Shown in pieces: positions 1-13,856 of a DNA stretch of 64,000 nt. The first letter of the stretch is position 1. Each line of letters starts with the position of its first letter. The notes beneath the pieces were generated by a model. It saw only the letters and a list, made by a program, of their open reading frames with translations. It had not been told where the DNA came from and did not search any database. Location of the stretch: assembly GCF_006345805.1 (NCBI RefSeq), contig NC_043004.1, positions 16,554,001-16,618,000 of the forward strand. The letters are read 5' to 3'. The stretch is from Octopus sinensis. Taxonomy: Eukaryota. A program made the position numbers and the translations under genes.

Positions 1-820
1 AAGTCTATGTTATTTGCCTCAGATGGGAAAAGGTACGTTCGTCGAAAAGCAGGTGAAAAATGTCACCTAAATGCTTAAGACTAGTGTTAAATTCGGTGGA
101 GGACAGTGTCATGGTTTGGGGGATGATATCTGGAGATGTTGTGGGCCTTTTGCTGCGAATACATGGAAAGGTAAATGCAGGAGTTTAAAAACTTGTAAAA
201 GATCATGTCTTGCCTGTGCTGAGAATTCAACTAAGCGACCACCTATATTCAGGCAGGCAATGCCCCATGTCACAAGGCTAAGGTGGTCATGAACTTCCTC
301 AAGGTTGAAAAGGTTATTGTTATAGATTGGCCTGCTCAAAGCCCAGACCTCAATCCTATTGAAAATGTGTGGAATATTCTAGGAGAACGTTTGAAAGCCA
401 GAAATCCTAAAACAACCGAGCAATTATGGAATGCCCTTCAGGAAGAATAGAATAAGATCACCCAGCAAGAAATTGAAAATTTAATTTCCCCATGCAGTCA
501 AAAAACGTCAAACTTTGATTGAAGCTATAGGGCTTCACACTAAATATGAAATAATTCCAGCATTCTCTGTCACTTTTTGATTATTTTGTTATTTTTCAAA
601 CGTTCTGATCATTTTGGCCACCATGGGTTTTGTAGTAAATCACTATATCATCTATAACTTTTGTATTATCCACTCAAATTACACCAAAATCTCAGACAAT
701 ACCAATTAATATCGTATTTATTGTCTGTGAAAATTATAGAATATAAAACAACATTAATAAAAATTTATATTTATTTTTCTGACGAAAACGATGCCGTTCT
801 GAACATTTTGGGCGCAACTG
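1..820 (+). mobile_element. Tc1-family DNA transposon, 3' part (decayed transposase plus right TIR)
   Basis: Frameshifted translation gives RYVRR..., VKFGGG, VMVWG, NAPCHKAK, WPAQSPDLNPIENVW and a terminal GLHTKY at ~548. The right TIR gttctgaacattttgggcgcaactg ends at 820, followed by TA. A related inner copy, gttctgatcattttggcc, lies at ~602. Confidence 0.92.
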
Positions 821-1059
821 TACTTATAAATATATATATATATAATATATATTTTCAGTAATATATATCTATATATATATATATCTTCAGTACAATGCTC
901 ATTTCCCGAAAAACAGCAGAAAAAAAATCGCCAACGGTACACATGAGATCACATTTTGAAAGACCGAAAGTAGAAAGGGTTAAGAAATATGTTCTCAAAG
1001 ACAGAAGAGTTTTCAAAGACAGTATGGTAGTATGTCAAAGACAAGGAATGTAGGCGGGG

Positions 1060-2431
1060 GAATGTGTGTGGATGTGTGCGTGCGCGGAGGTCTGCGTGTG
1101 CGCGTGTGTGTGTATGCGTGCAATGATGAACGTGTGTGTGTGCGTGTGTTTGAGTATGTGTGTATGGTTGTGTCTGCAAACAACAGGCTAGTAGCTGGCT
1201 AGTTTGTAAGAATAAGGAGTGGTGTTTTTTTGTGTCCCAGCCACAGATAAGAACATTGAAGTATGTGCGTGTGTGTGTGTGCGTGTATGTATATGTATCA
1301 TGTGTGTGTTTGGTTTGTAGTGTGTGTGTGTATGGTGTGTGTTCCTGTGTGTGTATGCGTAGAGTTTTGGGTGTGTGCGAATAACTGGTGCTTAACTTAG
1401 TGTATGTGTGCGTTGTGTGCTTGTACGTGCGTATGTTTGTATATATATGTATGTATAATTGTGTGCGTGTATGTATAATTGTGTTCCGTGGTATGGGATT
1501 ATGTGTGGGTTCATTTGGTGTGTGTGTGTATGTATGTGCGTTGTTTGTGTGTGTGTGCGTGTATGTGTGCGTTTTGTATGTGTGGGTGTTGTAAGCGTAT
1601 ATGGATGTATATGCGTGTATCCGTGGGGTTGTAAGTTTTGGGTGTGTGCATTGGCGTGTGTGTGTGCGTGCGTATGTGTGCGTGTCTGTGCTTATATGTG
1701 TGTACGTATGTGTATGTGTGCGTGCGCGTGTAGGTATATATTGTGTGTATGTATATGTATGTGAATTTATGTGTGTTTGTACGTGTGTATGTGTGCGTGC
1801 GTGTATTGTATATGTATATGTAAATGTGTGTGCGTGTGTGTGTACGTGCGTGCGAGTGAATGTATGTATACATGTGCGTGTGTGTACAAATGTAGAGGTT
1901 TATATGTATGTTTATATGTTTATATGTGTGTATATATATGTATGCAAGCACACACTTTATATTTGAAAGATTGATGGAAAAGAATTGGTGTGGGTGTATG
2001 TGAATCCACAGGCACACACATACACACACTGACGCACGCCTGCAATACAGCCAGCCCCATATGTATGTATGTATGTATGTATGTATTATGTATGTATGTA
2101 TGTATGTATGTATGTATTTATGTGTGTATGTGTATGTGTGTGTGTATGTATGTATGTGTGTATGTATGTATGTGTGTGTGTGTATGTGTGTATGTATGTA
2201 TGTATGTATGTATGTGTGTGTGTATGTGTGTGTATGTGTGTATGTATGTATGTATGTATGTATGTATGTATGTATGTGTGTGTATGTATGTATGTATGTG
2301 TGTGTATGTATGTATCTATGTGTGTATGAGTTTTCAAGACAGTATGGTTGTATATATATAATATACATATATATATTTATGTTATATATATGTATATAAT
2401 ATATATCTATATATACATATCTGTATTTATA

Positions 2432-2471
<40 letters not shown>

Positions 2472-2543
2472 GTATATATATATGTATATATATGTATATG
2501 TATATAAATATATATATTGTATATATAGATATATATATAATAC

Positions 2544-2641
<98 letters not shown>

Positions 2642-2956
2642 TATATATATATATATATATTTATAAATATACATATATATGCATACACATACACACACAC
2701 ACATATATATATATATTTATAAATATACATATATATGCATACACATACACACACACAAGTGCTCTTCTTCACTTTCAGATTGTTCTGGTGTTAAGTTACA
2801 ATCATACATAATATCCAATATCCATCCATTTACATATTTATATATGTGCGTGTGTGTATGTGAGCGTGTCTGTGTGTATAAACGTGCATGCATATCTACG
2901 CATGGGTGTAATCGCTAACAAGTACACACAAGCGCGCACACACTCATACACTACAA

Positions 2957-2995
<39 letters not shown>

Positions 2996-3160
2996 TATAT
3001 ATTATATATATATATATATTATATATATAATATATATATGAATTCATGTATGTACTGGTTATCTCCATACCTTAAATTGCGACAATTATTACACATACGG
3101 AATATGGATGGATATATGAGTGTGTGTCTATGCGTGCATATATGTGTGTGCGTGTGTGTA
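1060..3160. repeat. Compound microsatellite block (GT, GTAT, TA)
   Basis: Directly visible simple repeats, including a ~55-bp tandem duplication at ~2655-2757. Confidence 0.95.
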
Positions 3161-3727
3161 CACGCGGGTAAATAGGGAGATATGTTTATTCATGATATTC
3201 ATGTTTTATTAGAGCTTGTTGTCAGAGAAGCTGAATATCAACACATGTATTTTATCGATTTTCATAATTCGTTCTAGATATATCTACATTTTTTTCGGTA
3301 GAGGATTCTTCACTCTCAGAGTGTGTTGGTATTACTTTACAATAACACATAATATCTAGTATCCATCCATATCAGTATATATAAAAATATATATATACGT
3401 GCATGCATATGTAAGCGTGCGTTTAACAGCTAAAGAGCTCATACAAACGCACAAAGACTTGAATATATTCAAATATGTGTACATAAAAACATATACACAC
3501 CTGCAGACACTCATATATGCGTATGTATATCTGTCTGTTTTTTGTAATTGTGTAACTATTTACGCATAGAGTTGATAACATTCTTACCTGCATACTTTAT
3601 TACGTGCATCAACATGCCTGCGTGTATTGTATTCACGGCAAATCTAACGTTTAATTCCTTTTTAAACAGTATGTCAACATTGAAATAGATATGAGTAATA
3701 TATTGAACATCTCTAAATTCACACACA

Positions 3728-3791
<64 letters not shown>

Positions 3792-3805
3792 CGTGTGTGT
3801 CTGTG

Positions 3806-4033
3806 TGTAAATTAATATGTGACAATTATTCGGTATGCAGGATAAAACTCCGAGTTTCGGATGCCGGGGTGGAAACCACGCCGCCATTTCTTCAGTTATC
3901 CGGCCATCGGAAAAAATACTTTTTTTTCCGATGGCCAGATAACTGAAGAGATGGCGGCGTAGATTTCCACTCCAGCATCTGAAACTCGGAGTTTTATCAT
4001 GGCTACGAATAATTGTTTCATATTACATTTACA
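3806..4033. repeat. ~230-bp near-perfect palindrome of a Penelope-like terminal repeat
   Basis: The arms gataaaactccgagtttcggatgc...cttcagttatccggccatcggaaaaaa and ttttttccgatggccagataactgaag...gcatctgaaactcggagttttatc are reverse complements centred at ~3918. Confidence 0.9.
3938..3998 (+). ncRNA. Minimal hammerhead ribozyme motif (mirror copy on - strand at 3841-3900)
   Basis: Stem I gataa/ttatc, CTGAAGA (3943-3949), stem II gatg/catc, GAAA (3981-3984), short palindromic stem III actc-g-gagt. Confidence 0.65.
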
Positions 4034-4108
4034 GATAAATTGCTCTATTTACGTAATATCGAGGTCTCTTTCATTCTTTTGTTGTCCTTACCATTTTTAT
4101 CAATGTAT

Positions 4109-4200
<92 letters not shown>

Positions 4201-4314
4201 GTGTGTGTGTTCTGGAATGAACATATAGTGAATATGTAAAATCTAAAATTTAATAAAGTATTACCATTATTAAAAATAACAATAAGGATAAAGTGGCCAG
4301 GAAAGTAAATCTAA

Positions 4315-4765
4315 ATAGGCAAAATATACAAATAAATTAGGGTACCAAAATACCAGTTTGCTAGAAATAGGAGTCAGCACTTCACAGCCACTTACGTTGA
4401 AAGAAACAGTTATAATAAAAATAGGCTTTACGTTTCCATAAACCACAAAGCAAGAACAGATGAATATTTTGGAAAATGGACGAATACTGTAAGCTTAGAG
4501 GATGATCCTAAAGTGCTGGTGCACAAAATGTGAGGTCGATTGATACCAAGATATCTGTTCTTGCTTTGTGTCTTATACAAAGTTAAGACCTAATTTTAAT
4601 ATATTCGTTGCATTCAACGAGCGTGTTATTTGATAGTGAGAAACTTGTGTCTTGGGAGTGTTTATTTCTATTTCTGTAAAGCTGGTATTTCGGTACCCCA
4701 ATTTATTTGTATATTTTGCCTCTTTAGATTAAGCTTGCTGACCACTATTATTATTATTATTATTA

Positions 4766-4805
<40 letters not shown>

Positions 4806-5149
4806 TTATGGTAATTTATTAAATTTTAGATTTTACATACCTTATGTTCGTTTTTTAATGTCACTGAGGCATTCAAGTGAACAAAAGCGCACAGTGTAAT
4901 GAAATGAATATTTTGAAAAGTAGATGAATACAATAAGCTTGGGTGATGATCCTTAAGCGATACCACACAAAGGGTGTGGTCATTGATACTAAGGTATCTG
5001 CTTTTGCTTTGTGGTTTATTCAAACGTAAGGCCTACTTTTTATTATATTCATTGCATTCACCGTGCGTGTTTCTTAACAGTGAAAAATTTGTGGCTTTGA
5101 GGTGTTAACTCCTATCCTAGCAAGCTGGTATTTCGGTACCCTAATTCAT

Positions 5150-5157
<8 letters not shown>
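4315..5157. repeat. Diverged repeat unit in two direct copies (~4460-4725, ~4905-5157) plus an upstream inverted partial copy (~4315-4465)
   Basis: gctggtatttcggtacc(c)(c/t)aatt occurs at ~4681 and ~5124. The inverse, aattagggtaccaaaataccag, is at ~4336. Both direct copies start with gaatattttg..aaa and share gatgatcct. Confidence 0.75.
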
Positions 5158-5530
<373 letters not shown>

Positions 5531-6919
5531 GCGTTTCCTTCCAGAGAAAGGATAACTTAGTTTCCTCATGTCCAACATTTGTATTGCAGTTTTGGACGAA
5601 AACGAGATATGTAGACACTACCAATTGTTGCCGAGTGGTTAACATAGGATGGGAGGAGAGCATGCGAAAGACCTACAAGATGGTGAGAATTCATTGTTGT
5701 CAAACAGTCAGGGTCCAAATAATGATATTAAAAGAAGAACGAAAATACATTGTGACCAGCGATGTATAAGATCGGGTCGTTAAGCAAGAATAAAGAAAAA
5801 TATACGCTTTTATATTCACTCTGTCTTGTCATCTTTTTTTTCAATATTTGAAAACATTTACATGAAATCCTATGAAATAAATGATTTTAAATTTTAACCT
5901 CAATAATAATGAAAAGTGTTATATTATACTACTGAAAAAAGGAAGTATTCAATATTAATCATAGAATAGTTTGCAGATATTATACATAATCTTGACAATC
6001 GTAAAAAACTTGTTATTTTTGTTTTTAATGTGTTTAGTGTTTTTAGAAGTACAGGGAGATGAAACATTTTAATGGAAGAAGGTTCTTGGGAGATTATGTG
6101 CCATTTCGGTGACTTTGCTTATATGAGACAAATCCTGCAGTATAGAGAACTTGTTTCTGGCTACATGGCTCTTCGAACGGAACAATTGTCAATGAGTAAA
6201 GTGGGAGAATCGACTTTGGTCAAAGGATAAAATTAATTACGAGTAGCGTGCACCTGATTATCTAAATATGTTGCCAAGAGAAACTCATTATTAGACTTTC
6301 AATGTCTCAATGTTATACATCAATAGAACCCTTTGAATTTAATGAAGCGCTAAGAAATTGAAGGGCGTTTGATTAAATATATTTAAAGAAATACAGATTT
6401 ATTAATATTGGATCAGGTGGATTATTAATGGGGATCAAGATTACACAATAATTTACTTCAAAATCTTTCTCATACAACCCGAGTTGTGTCAAGGACTTGC
6501 ATAAGTAGATAAAATCACTGTTGAAGGAAATTGCCTCAGCAATAGACATGACGCATACACACAAAATATAGGTTTCAAATTTTGCCACAAGCTAAAGAAT
6601 TCGGTACTTATTTTATCGACTCTGAAATTATAAAATGTGAAGTAGAACACGGCAGAATTAGCTATTACAACGTAAAGATGTACGAAAGGCTGCTAAGTAC
6701 TTTGTCCTTTATGCTAATGGTTCGGCCACAGATCGTCGCTTTACATACACAAAATATTGACAATGGATGCGAGCAGTACTGTGTGGTTAAAGTTAAATTA
6801 GCGACCACGGTATTCTGGTTCCATTCAGTCAAGTAAAATTTGGATAAAGGCATCCTATTTCATGATGACCTGTATATTCTTACAACATGAAAACTGTGTG
6901 AAAGTTGAGTAGTGCATGC

Positions 6920-6964
<45 letters not shown>

Positions 6965-7035
6965 ACACATACACACGCGCGCGCGCGCACAACACACACG
7001 TGCATAAACATACACACAAGGGGAATGTGGGTGTA

Positions 7036-7647
7036 TGGGAGGGTACTGAAAAGTTCCTGGCTTTGGGTAAGAGAAAATACAGGAAGACCCGTTAAATATG
7101 ATTTTATTCAATATATTTCCCTCTCAGATTCACACATTTATTTCTTTATTGCCCACAGGGGACTAAACATAGAGAGGACAGACAAAGGGATTAAGTCGAT
7201 TACATCGACCCCAGTGCGTAAATGGCACTTATTTAATCGACCCCGAAAGGATGAAAGGTAAAGTCGACCTCGGCAGAATTTGAACTCAGAACGTAACGGC
7301 AGACGAAATACCTATTTCTATTTCTTTACTATCCAGAAGGGACTAAACACAGAGAGGACAAACAAGGATAGACAAACGAATTAAGTCGATTATATCGACC
7401 CCAGTGCGTAACTGGTACTTATTTAATTGACCCCGAAAGGATGAAAGGCAAGTCGCCCTCGGCGGAATTTGAACTCAGAACGTAGCGGCAGACGAAATAC
7501 CGCTAAGCACTTCGCCCGGCGTGCTAACGATTATGCCATCGCGGTTCTTCAGTTTTCCTAAGTCCTGTAAAACAACTCGAAATGCTTCGCCCCAACCAGG
7601 CTTTTTGCGTTCACCTTTAAAGCCAGGAACTTTTCAGCGCCCCCTCG
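7036..7647. mobile_element. Mariner-derived MITE carrying nested SINEs
   Basis: TIRs TA|tgggagggtactgaaaagttcctggcttt and aaagccaggaacttttcagcgccccctcg|TA. An antisense remnant of a mariner C-terminus (KCVNLRGKYIE*) lies at ~7105-7140. Confidence 0.85.
7140..7540 (-). mobile_element. tRNA-derived SINE, family B: a full copy plus a tandem partial copy
   Basis: Two copies of taagtcgat..atcgaccccagtgcgtaa...ccccgaaaggatgaaagg...gaatttgaactcagaacgta. The B-box GTTCAAATTC is on the - strand. Confidence 0.85.
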
Positions 7648-8420
7648 TATACGTGTGTTTTGTATGAGATATAATATAAATAACTAAATAATTTACCAAG
7701 CTGTGCATCTCAAGTAATTTTTGACAAAAAATAAATAATTATTAGAGATGGAGTTTAGATTCATACATTAAAATAAACAATCGCAATGTTAACCAGGAAA
7801 ATAAGTTTCACAGGTGGCACACGTTTAGCTAGGCATGTAAACTGGATTTCCATTGTATGTTCGCGGTTTAGAAAGTTTTCAGAGGAAAATAAATATTTAT
7901 ATTAAAGAAAACTGACATCAACCATAAAAAGTAAACTGAAAAATGAAACATAAACAAATATAAATCTAGAATCAAAACATTACAAACAATAATAATGAAT
8001 TATAATAATATAAAAAAAAGCACAATAACAGCACTAACATTTAACAGGAATAACAACAGGAAGGCAAACAAAAACACGGAGTCTCTCGGAGAACAATGGC
8101 AGAGTTTTCGATCAATATTGGAAAAATCAAAAATATTACTTATGGAACAATTCTTTAAAATGTAAATTAATGGAAATTTACAGTATTTTTTTTTTATGGC
8201 AGACAGCAAAAGATGACAATGGCAGAAGATTTGCGGACACATTGACATGAAAGAGGAACAAATATGTAAGATATACGGGTTTGTGTGTGTGTGTGTGTGT
8301 GTGTGTGTCGGTCTGTGTGTATGTGTGTGTGGGAGAGAGAAAGAGAAAGAATATCGTTAACGTTGTCGATAAATGTGGGTTTCAGATGCATCGCTAAATC
8401 TCCAAAATTAATCATATCTG

Positions 8421-8466
<46 letters not shown>

Positions 8467-8511
8467 TGTGTGTGTGGAGAGAGAGGAAGAGAGAGAGGCG
8501 TATATATATTT

Positions 8512-8561
<50 letters not shown>

Positions 8562-8571
8562 TATATATATA

Positions 8572-8716
8572 CAGTTGTGACCAAAACTTTGGAACGTATT
8601 TCTAAAAAATAAAATTGTTATTCCCAAGTACAATTCAATTCAAATATATATATTTGGGTATTTGATATAAAAATTCTAATTTTCAGATCTATATTCCAAA
8701 ATTTTACCCACGAGTG
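8572..8716. mobile_element. 145-bp Tc1-like MITE
   Basis: TA|cagttgtgaccaaaactttggaa ... ttccaaaattttacccacgagtg|TA. These imperfect TIRs resemble the Tc1 TIR ending at 820. Confidence 0.65.
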
Positions 8717-8734
8717 TATGCATATACATGTGTG

Positions 8735-8786
<52 letters not shown>

Positions 8787-9052
8787 TGTCGGCAGGAAGC
8801 TATGTATGCAACGTAAGCGCGTATCTGGTTTTTCACCTGGCAGTGAGTTTTTTAACGTGCAAATTTCGTCGAGATTATACATAGTTTTCCTCTCTTCATG
8901 GTCGATAGCATAAGGTTTCAGTCGAAAATTGAAATAGCTGAAGAAACTGTCGAATAGGTGATTTCAGCTGTTTGAGTCATTCAAAATCAGCTAATCCTGT
9001 GGTTGAAACAAATATCATTATTATTTTTATTGTTAATAATGCTATTATTATT

Positions 9053-9545
9053 CTTCCGATTTCACTCAACTCTCATATCATTAAAGTATTTGACAGGGTG
9101 GTGAGATCGCAAATAACTTACTTCCCCGAAGACAACAATCTACTGAACCGTAACCAGCATGGTTTCCGTGATGGCAGGGACTGCAGGTAGCAGCTTCTAC
9201 ACCATTTTGATGACATCTTAAAAGCGTTGGGAGAAGGCTCCAACACTGACTGAATATACCTTGATTTTAGCAAGGCCTTTAACAGAGTGGACCACAAAAT
9301 CCTGCTGAAGAAACTGTCGAATATTGGAGTCCGTGGAAAGCTCCTGCAGTGGATAAAGTGTTTCCTGACAAACAGAACCCAACATGTTGTGTTTGAAGGA
9401 ATACGTTCCAGCTAAGATAAGGTCAGTAGTGGTGTCCCACAAGGTACTCTGTTGGGCCTACTCCTCTTCAATGACATAGGGAACGGCATCAGACATTCTG
9501 CATTGAAAATCTTTGCAGATGATTCCAAACTCCAGAAAGCTATAC
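9053..9545 (+). pseudogene. CR1/L2-group LINE reverse transcriptase fragment
   Basis: PISLNSHIIKVFDR, NQHGFR, IYLDFSKAFNRVDH, LLQWIKCFLTNRTQ, SGVPQG and IFADDSKL, with in-frame stops. Confidence 0.92.
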
Positions 9546-9890
9546 ACAGCATAGGAGTCCAAACATGCCTTCAGGTTTAGCTGGGTGGGGGTGATTGTCT
9601 CCCCCTTGTAAACATAAGGACACGGGAAATGTGTCAAGGCCGACAGGAAGCGTTGATGCTTCCTATGGCTAAATATCTGGGGCGTGATTCCCTTCATGGG
9701 ACTGTCACATTACGTTGACAGTATACAACTACTCTATTGTACTACTACTGCTTATATCTTTCTGAGATATTTAGAAATGTAATATTTCTATTTATATATA
9801 TAATATATACACACACACACATATATATACACACACACACACACATATATGTACATATATATGTATATTTATGTATATACATATATATAC

Positions 9891-9938
<48 letters not shown>

Positions 9939-9991
9939 TTATATATATTTATATATATTATATATATACATATATATATATATAGCACAAA

Positions 9992-10029
9992 CTGTCCGAC
10001 GAACGGGAACGTGAAACTCAGAGTAACAG
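9992..10029 (+). ncRNA. Minimal hammerhead-like motif (core variant CCGACGA)
   Basis: ctgt-CCGACGA-acg ggaa cgt-GAAAC-tcaga-GTA-acag. It sits in a short insert between (TA)n tracts. Confidence 0.6.
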
Positions 10030-10110
10030 GTTTTGTTGAATTTTCTGCTGCTTTTAAATAAAGTATATAAATATATATATATTTATACATATTTACACAT
10101 ATATATTATA

Positions 10111-10973
10111 ATAGCAATATAGCCTGGCGTTGCCCGGGATTAAGTTAGGATTATTAGGGTAAGCAAGCGCTTTGTTTCAAACCAAACTAAGTAACACTGA
10201 CGTAAACGCTGAAACTGGTAAACGCTTAACTGAAAATGGGTTGCAGACAATTTGATTCGGAAATTCCATAAGGAATAGATTTTCCACTCACCGATTTTTT
10301 TGGGGGGGTGGAGGTTAAAGCATTAAAAGATCCCATGAGTCCTAATTTACGCCGGCATCAAGTTTGAACAGAATACATCAAAATTGGTAAAATTTAAGGT
10401 AGAAAATGGGGTGTAGCTAATTTTGGAGAGAAATCCTATAAGGAATCGGTTTATCGATTTTTCATCCTGATTGAAAGAAAAACCCATAAGGAATCGTTTT
10501 TTGATTTTCACCCCAAATAGGACTTAATCGAACACAACATTGCTGATTCAAAAAATCTATATTTATACTTTAAAGCTGGTTTTCACACCCAACCCAGCTC
10601 TGCAGAATCTGGGTCGTGACGGGAACCCATAGGTTGGGAGTTTGACCGGCAGAGGTGATAAGGTTGCACATGCTGGCCCTTTCGAAACCATCCCCATCAT
10701 CTAACCCCACTTGGCCTATGGGTTGGGAGTGTTTCCAGCAAAGAAAATAGAACGCCCAAAAAAGGCTCCCGATCCTCTGTGTTAGAAAAAGTTATGTTCG
10801 GATCACAACTAAGCCTTAACCTAAGCCTAAGCTAACCTAGCGAAAGGGGGCTCAGAAGCCACTGAAAGGCAGCGACTAATCGCGATCTAGACATAAGCTC
10901 TCCTAGGTGTATTATCGGTCAAGCTTGCATCGAAGATCTGCATTGGAGAAGGTTGCATCGGAAATTTGCACAC

Positions 10974-11042
<69 letters not shown>

Positions 11043-11973
11043 GTATGTCACATATATATATTTAATAACAAACCATGTAACTCACTCTCTGGAAAATTTA
11101 TTTCTGTAAAATGTTGGGAGTGGGTAAAATTTCCGAGTCTTCCACCTCACCGCACCCAATTTTTCGGACTCAAAAAGGGTTTTGTAGTGTATTAGGAGGT
11201 CACAGGAATTCATTCAGCGAAATCCCCAATGAATCCGGGATTGGGGGGATGGGGGGCTCGCCGCACTCCTTTTTTCCGAATAAGGGATTTGCAGCATATT
11301 AGGAGGTCAGGGTACTTGATTCCACGCAAAAAATTCCGATTCTTTTTTTCCTTAGTGAATATGGTATGGGTGAAAATATCAAGGGGGGGGATTTCCAAGG
11401 CTTCAATCTCACTCCTCTCCGTTTTTCGGACCCCAAAGAGCGTTTTGTAGCACATTAGGAGGTAACAGAAATTCATTCAACGAAAAAAATCAATTCCAAT
11501 GATTCCGAGATGGGGGGGGTCCCTCTCTCCGAAGCCACTTCTTTTCCGAACCAAAATAAGGGATTTGCGGCATATTAGGAAGTCAGGGTACTTGATTCCA
11601 CGTAAAAATCCCTGATTTTTCTTTTTTCTTACTGAAAATCGTGTGGGTGTTAATCTAAAAATTTACCCTTTGTTTTTCCTTCTCGCCATTGCTAGACAAG
11701 TGACTTAACTCATATTAGCAAACCTGCGGATTTCACCGACGTCGAAATTGGCCAAAGTTATGGTTGAAAATCGATTTTTACCACGATCCGTGGTAAATAA
11801 GTTATGGTTGAAGATCGATTTTACCACTATCAAGGGAAAATAAGTTGACAAAAACACAGACATGATCGTGACCAATGTTCTAAAATTGGAGCGACATGGG
11901 TGCTAATTTGTGGACGTGCATAAATTACATTCACGTACACACACACACATCCTGCCTTTTATAGATATACAGA
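10111..11973 (-). mobile_element. Non-autonomous Helitron, ~1.86 kb, with internal tandem repeats
   Basis: The - strand starts A|TCTGTATATCTATAAAA and ends cccgggcaacgccaggctatattgCTAT|T (hairpin plus degenerate CTAG). Both termini match the element at 52050-52562. Confidence 0.78.
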
Positions 11974-13626
11974 TTTATACATGTGTGTGCGTGTGTGTGT
12001 ATGTATGTATGGATTGATGGATGGGTGTACGTTCCTTTGTGCTTCTCCGCCACCCTCCTGTTTAACAACCGGTGTTGAATTGCTTACGTCCCTGGTATAT
12101 GAGGGGATCGGAAGAAGAATCAATCGAATGAGGAAACCGTCATGACTGCAATCTCATGATTCAAATATATAAACAATAAAAGGTAACAAAGTGCAATAAT
12201 ATCTAAGATTGTCATAGCTTGACACTTCAACTGGTGCGAAATATTACACTTTCCACGCCTAAGTATTACAAATTGAATTTTGTGGAAACCAACTTTTTCT
12301 TGTCTTGTAACTTCGATACATTCACAAAATAAATGAGGCATGCATATCGAGTCTGACACATAAGGTATTTAATCGGTCAGTGTAACCTAATGGCGCTAGG
12401 GTGTTGTTGTTTTTTATATTGATGTCTAATTTCCGTTCAACATTGTTCATTTCATCTTCCTTAATGTATCTTAGCTATAGAGGGCAGAACTATTCCACGA
12501 GTTAGAAACAAATGTAGCATAATCTGAGAATTAATGAACATACATCTACTCCATTGATTTTGTTCTTTTTGTGCTCAAGTAAGCATTGCAATCAATTATA
12601 TTATTAGCGATAATTCTTCAAGGTCATTCAGGGGCAGGATAAAGAAGAATATTTATTTTTATAACTTTATCTATTTATCGCTTTTCTTTTTTTGGGAAGT
12701 GAGCAGCTCATTTTCATACAATTGCATTTCAACCAAAAAGGTAATTTTTATGAACATTATAGATACAAGTAATTTGGCTGTTTCGCACGCTTTGAAGTTT
12801 ACGTTCGTTAACGAAGATGATGCTCCTTTCCTTATGCATACATACATACATACATACATACATACATACATACATACATACATACATACATAATACATAC
12901 ATACAAACATATGTGTGTGTATGTATACATATATGTATGTATAAATCAATATCTATATACAGCCACATACAAACACGTGTGTGTGCTTGGACGTATGTAT
13001 GTATGTGTGCGTGTGTATGTGTGTATGCATTTGTGTATGCATGCATGAACAGATTAAAAGATTCTATATATTATTTCACAATGCGCTTCGCCTTGTTTTA
13101 GATTCCGAATGATGCCGCCCCGCTGGTTTTGGTGGGATGAACAACAATACTCTTGAACAGAACACGAGTCAACGGCAACCGCAGGATTACCTATTTACAC
13201 CTGATGTGACTGGAGGAACGTGAAGTGATGTCTTTTCCTGAAGAACACAACTCACTACTGATCTGAGATTCGAAATCTCGATCTTAGGAAGGTGATTGCA
13301 TCAACATCCTAGCTTGTAGGCTACGCGTTTTGTGAGACATATACGCATGCGCACACACGAATGAGTGCTCAACGCCGCATTGATGGATAACACTTCTTCA
13401 GTTTTGTATTAAAGATACCATGTTAATATCATAATTTTTCAAGCCGATCACAGGGAGGAAGTGTGCGTATTTGCAATTTATGAATGAAGGATATGAGTGC
13501 TTTTTATATCACATTCCACTTTAACTTGGGTTTATAGTAGAAAGAAAGAATAAGCATGACTGCCCTCTTATTACCCTTACGATAACGTCCTATCACCATG
13601 ACTAATTAAGCTCTAGATCTAATCTA

Positions 13627-13856
13627 CTTCTTTACTACCCACAAGGGGCTAAACACAGAGAGGGGAAACAAGGACAGACACACAGGATTAAGTCGATTAC
13701 ATCGACCCCAATACGTAACTGGTACTTATTTAATCGACCCCGAAAGGATGAAAGTCAAAGTCGACCTCGGCGGAATTTGAACCCAGAACGTAGTGGCAGA
13801 TGAAATACCGCTAAGCATTTCGCCCAGTGTGCTAACGTTTCTGCCTGCTCGCCACC
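13627..13856 (-). mobile_element. SINE family B
   Basis: Same body as 7140-7540. The head on the - strand is ggtggcgagcaggcagaaacgttagcac. Confidence 0.88.

Noticed and set aside
10808-10842. Telomere-like ctaagcc/ctaacc run
   Set aside because: Only ~35 bp, irregular and inside a Helitron.
11100-11830. Repeat-spacer pattern resembling CRISPR
   Set aside because: Eukaryotic context, no cas genes, and the intervening segments are themselves repeated. These are Helitron-internal tandem repeats.
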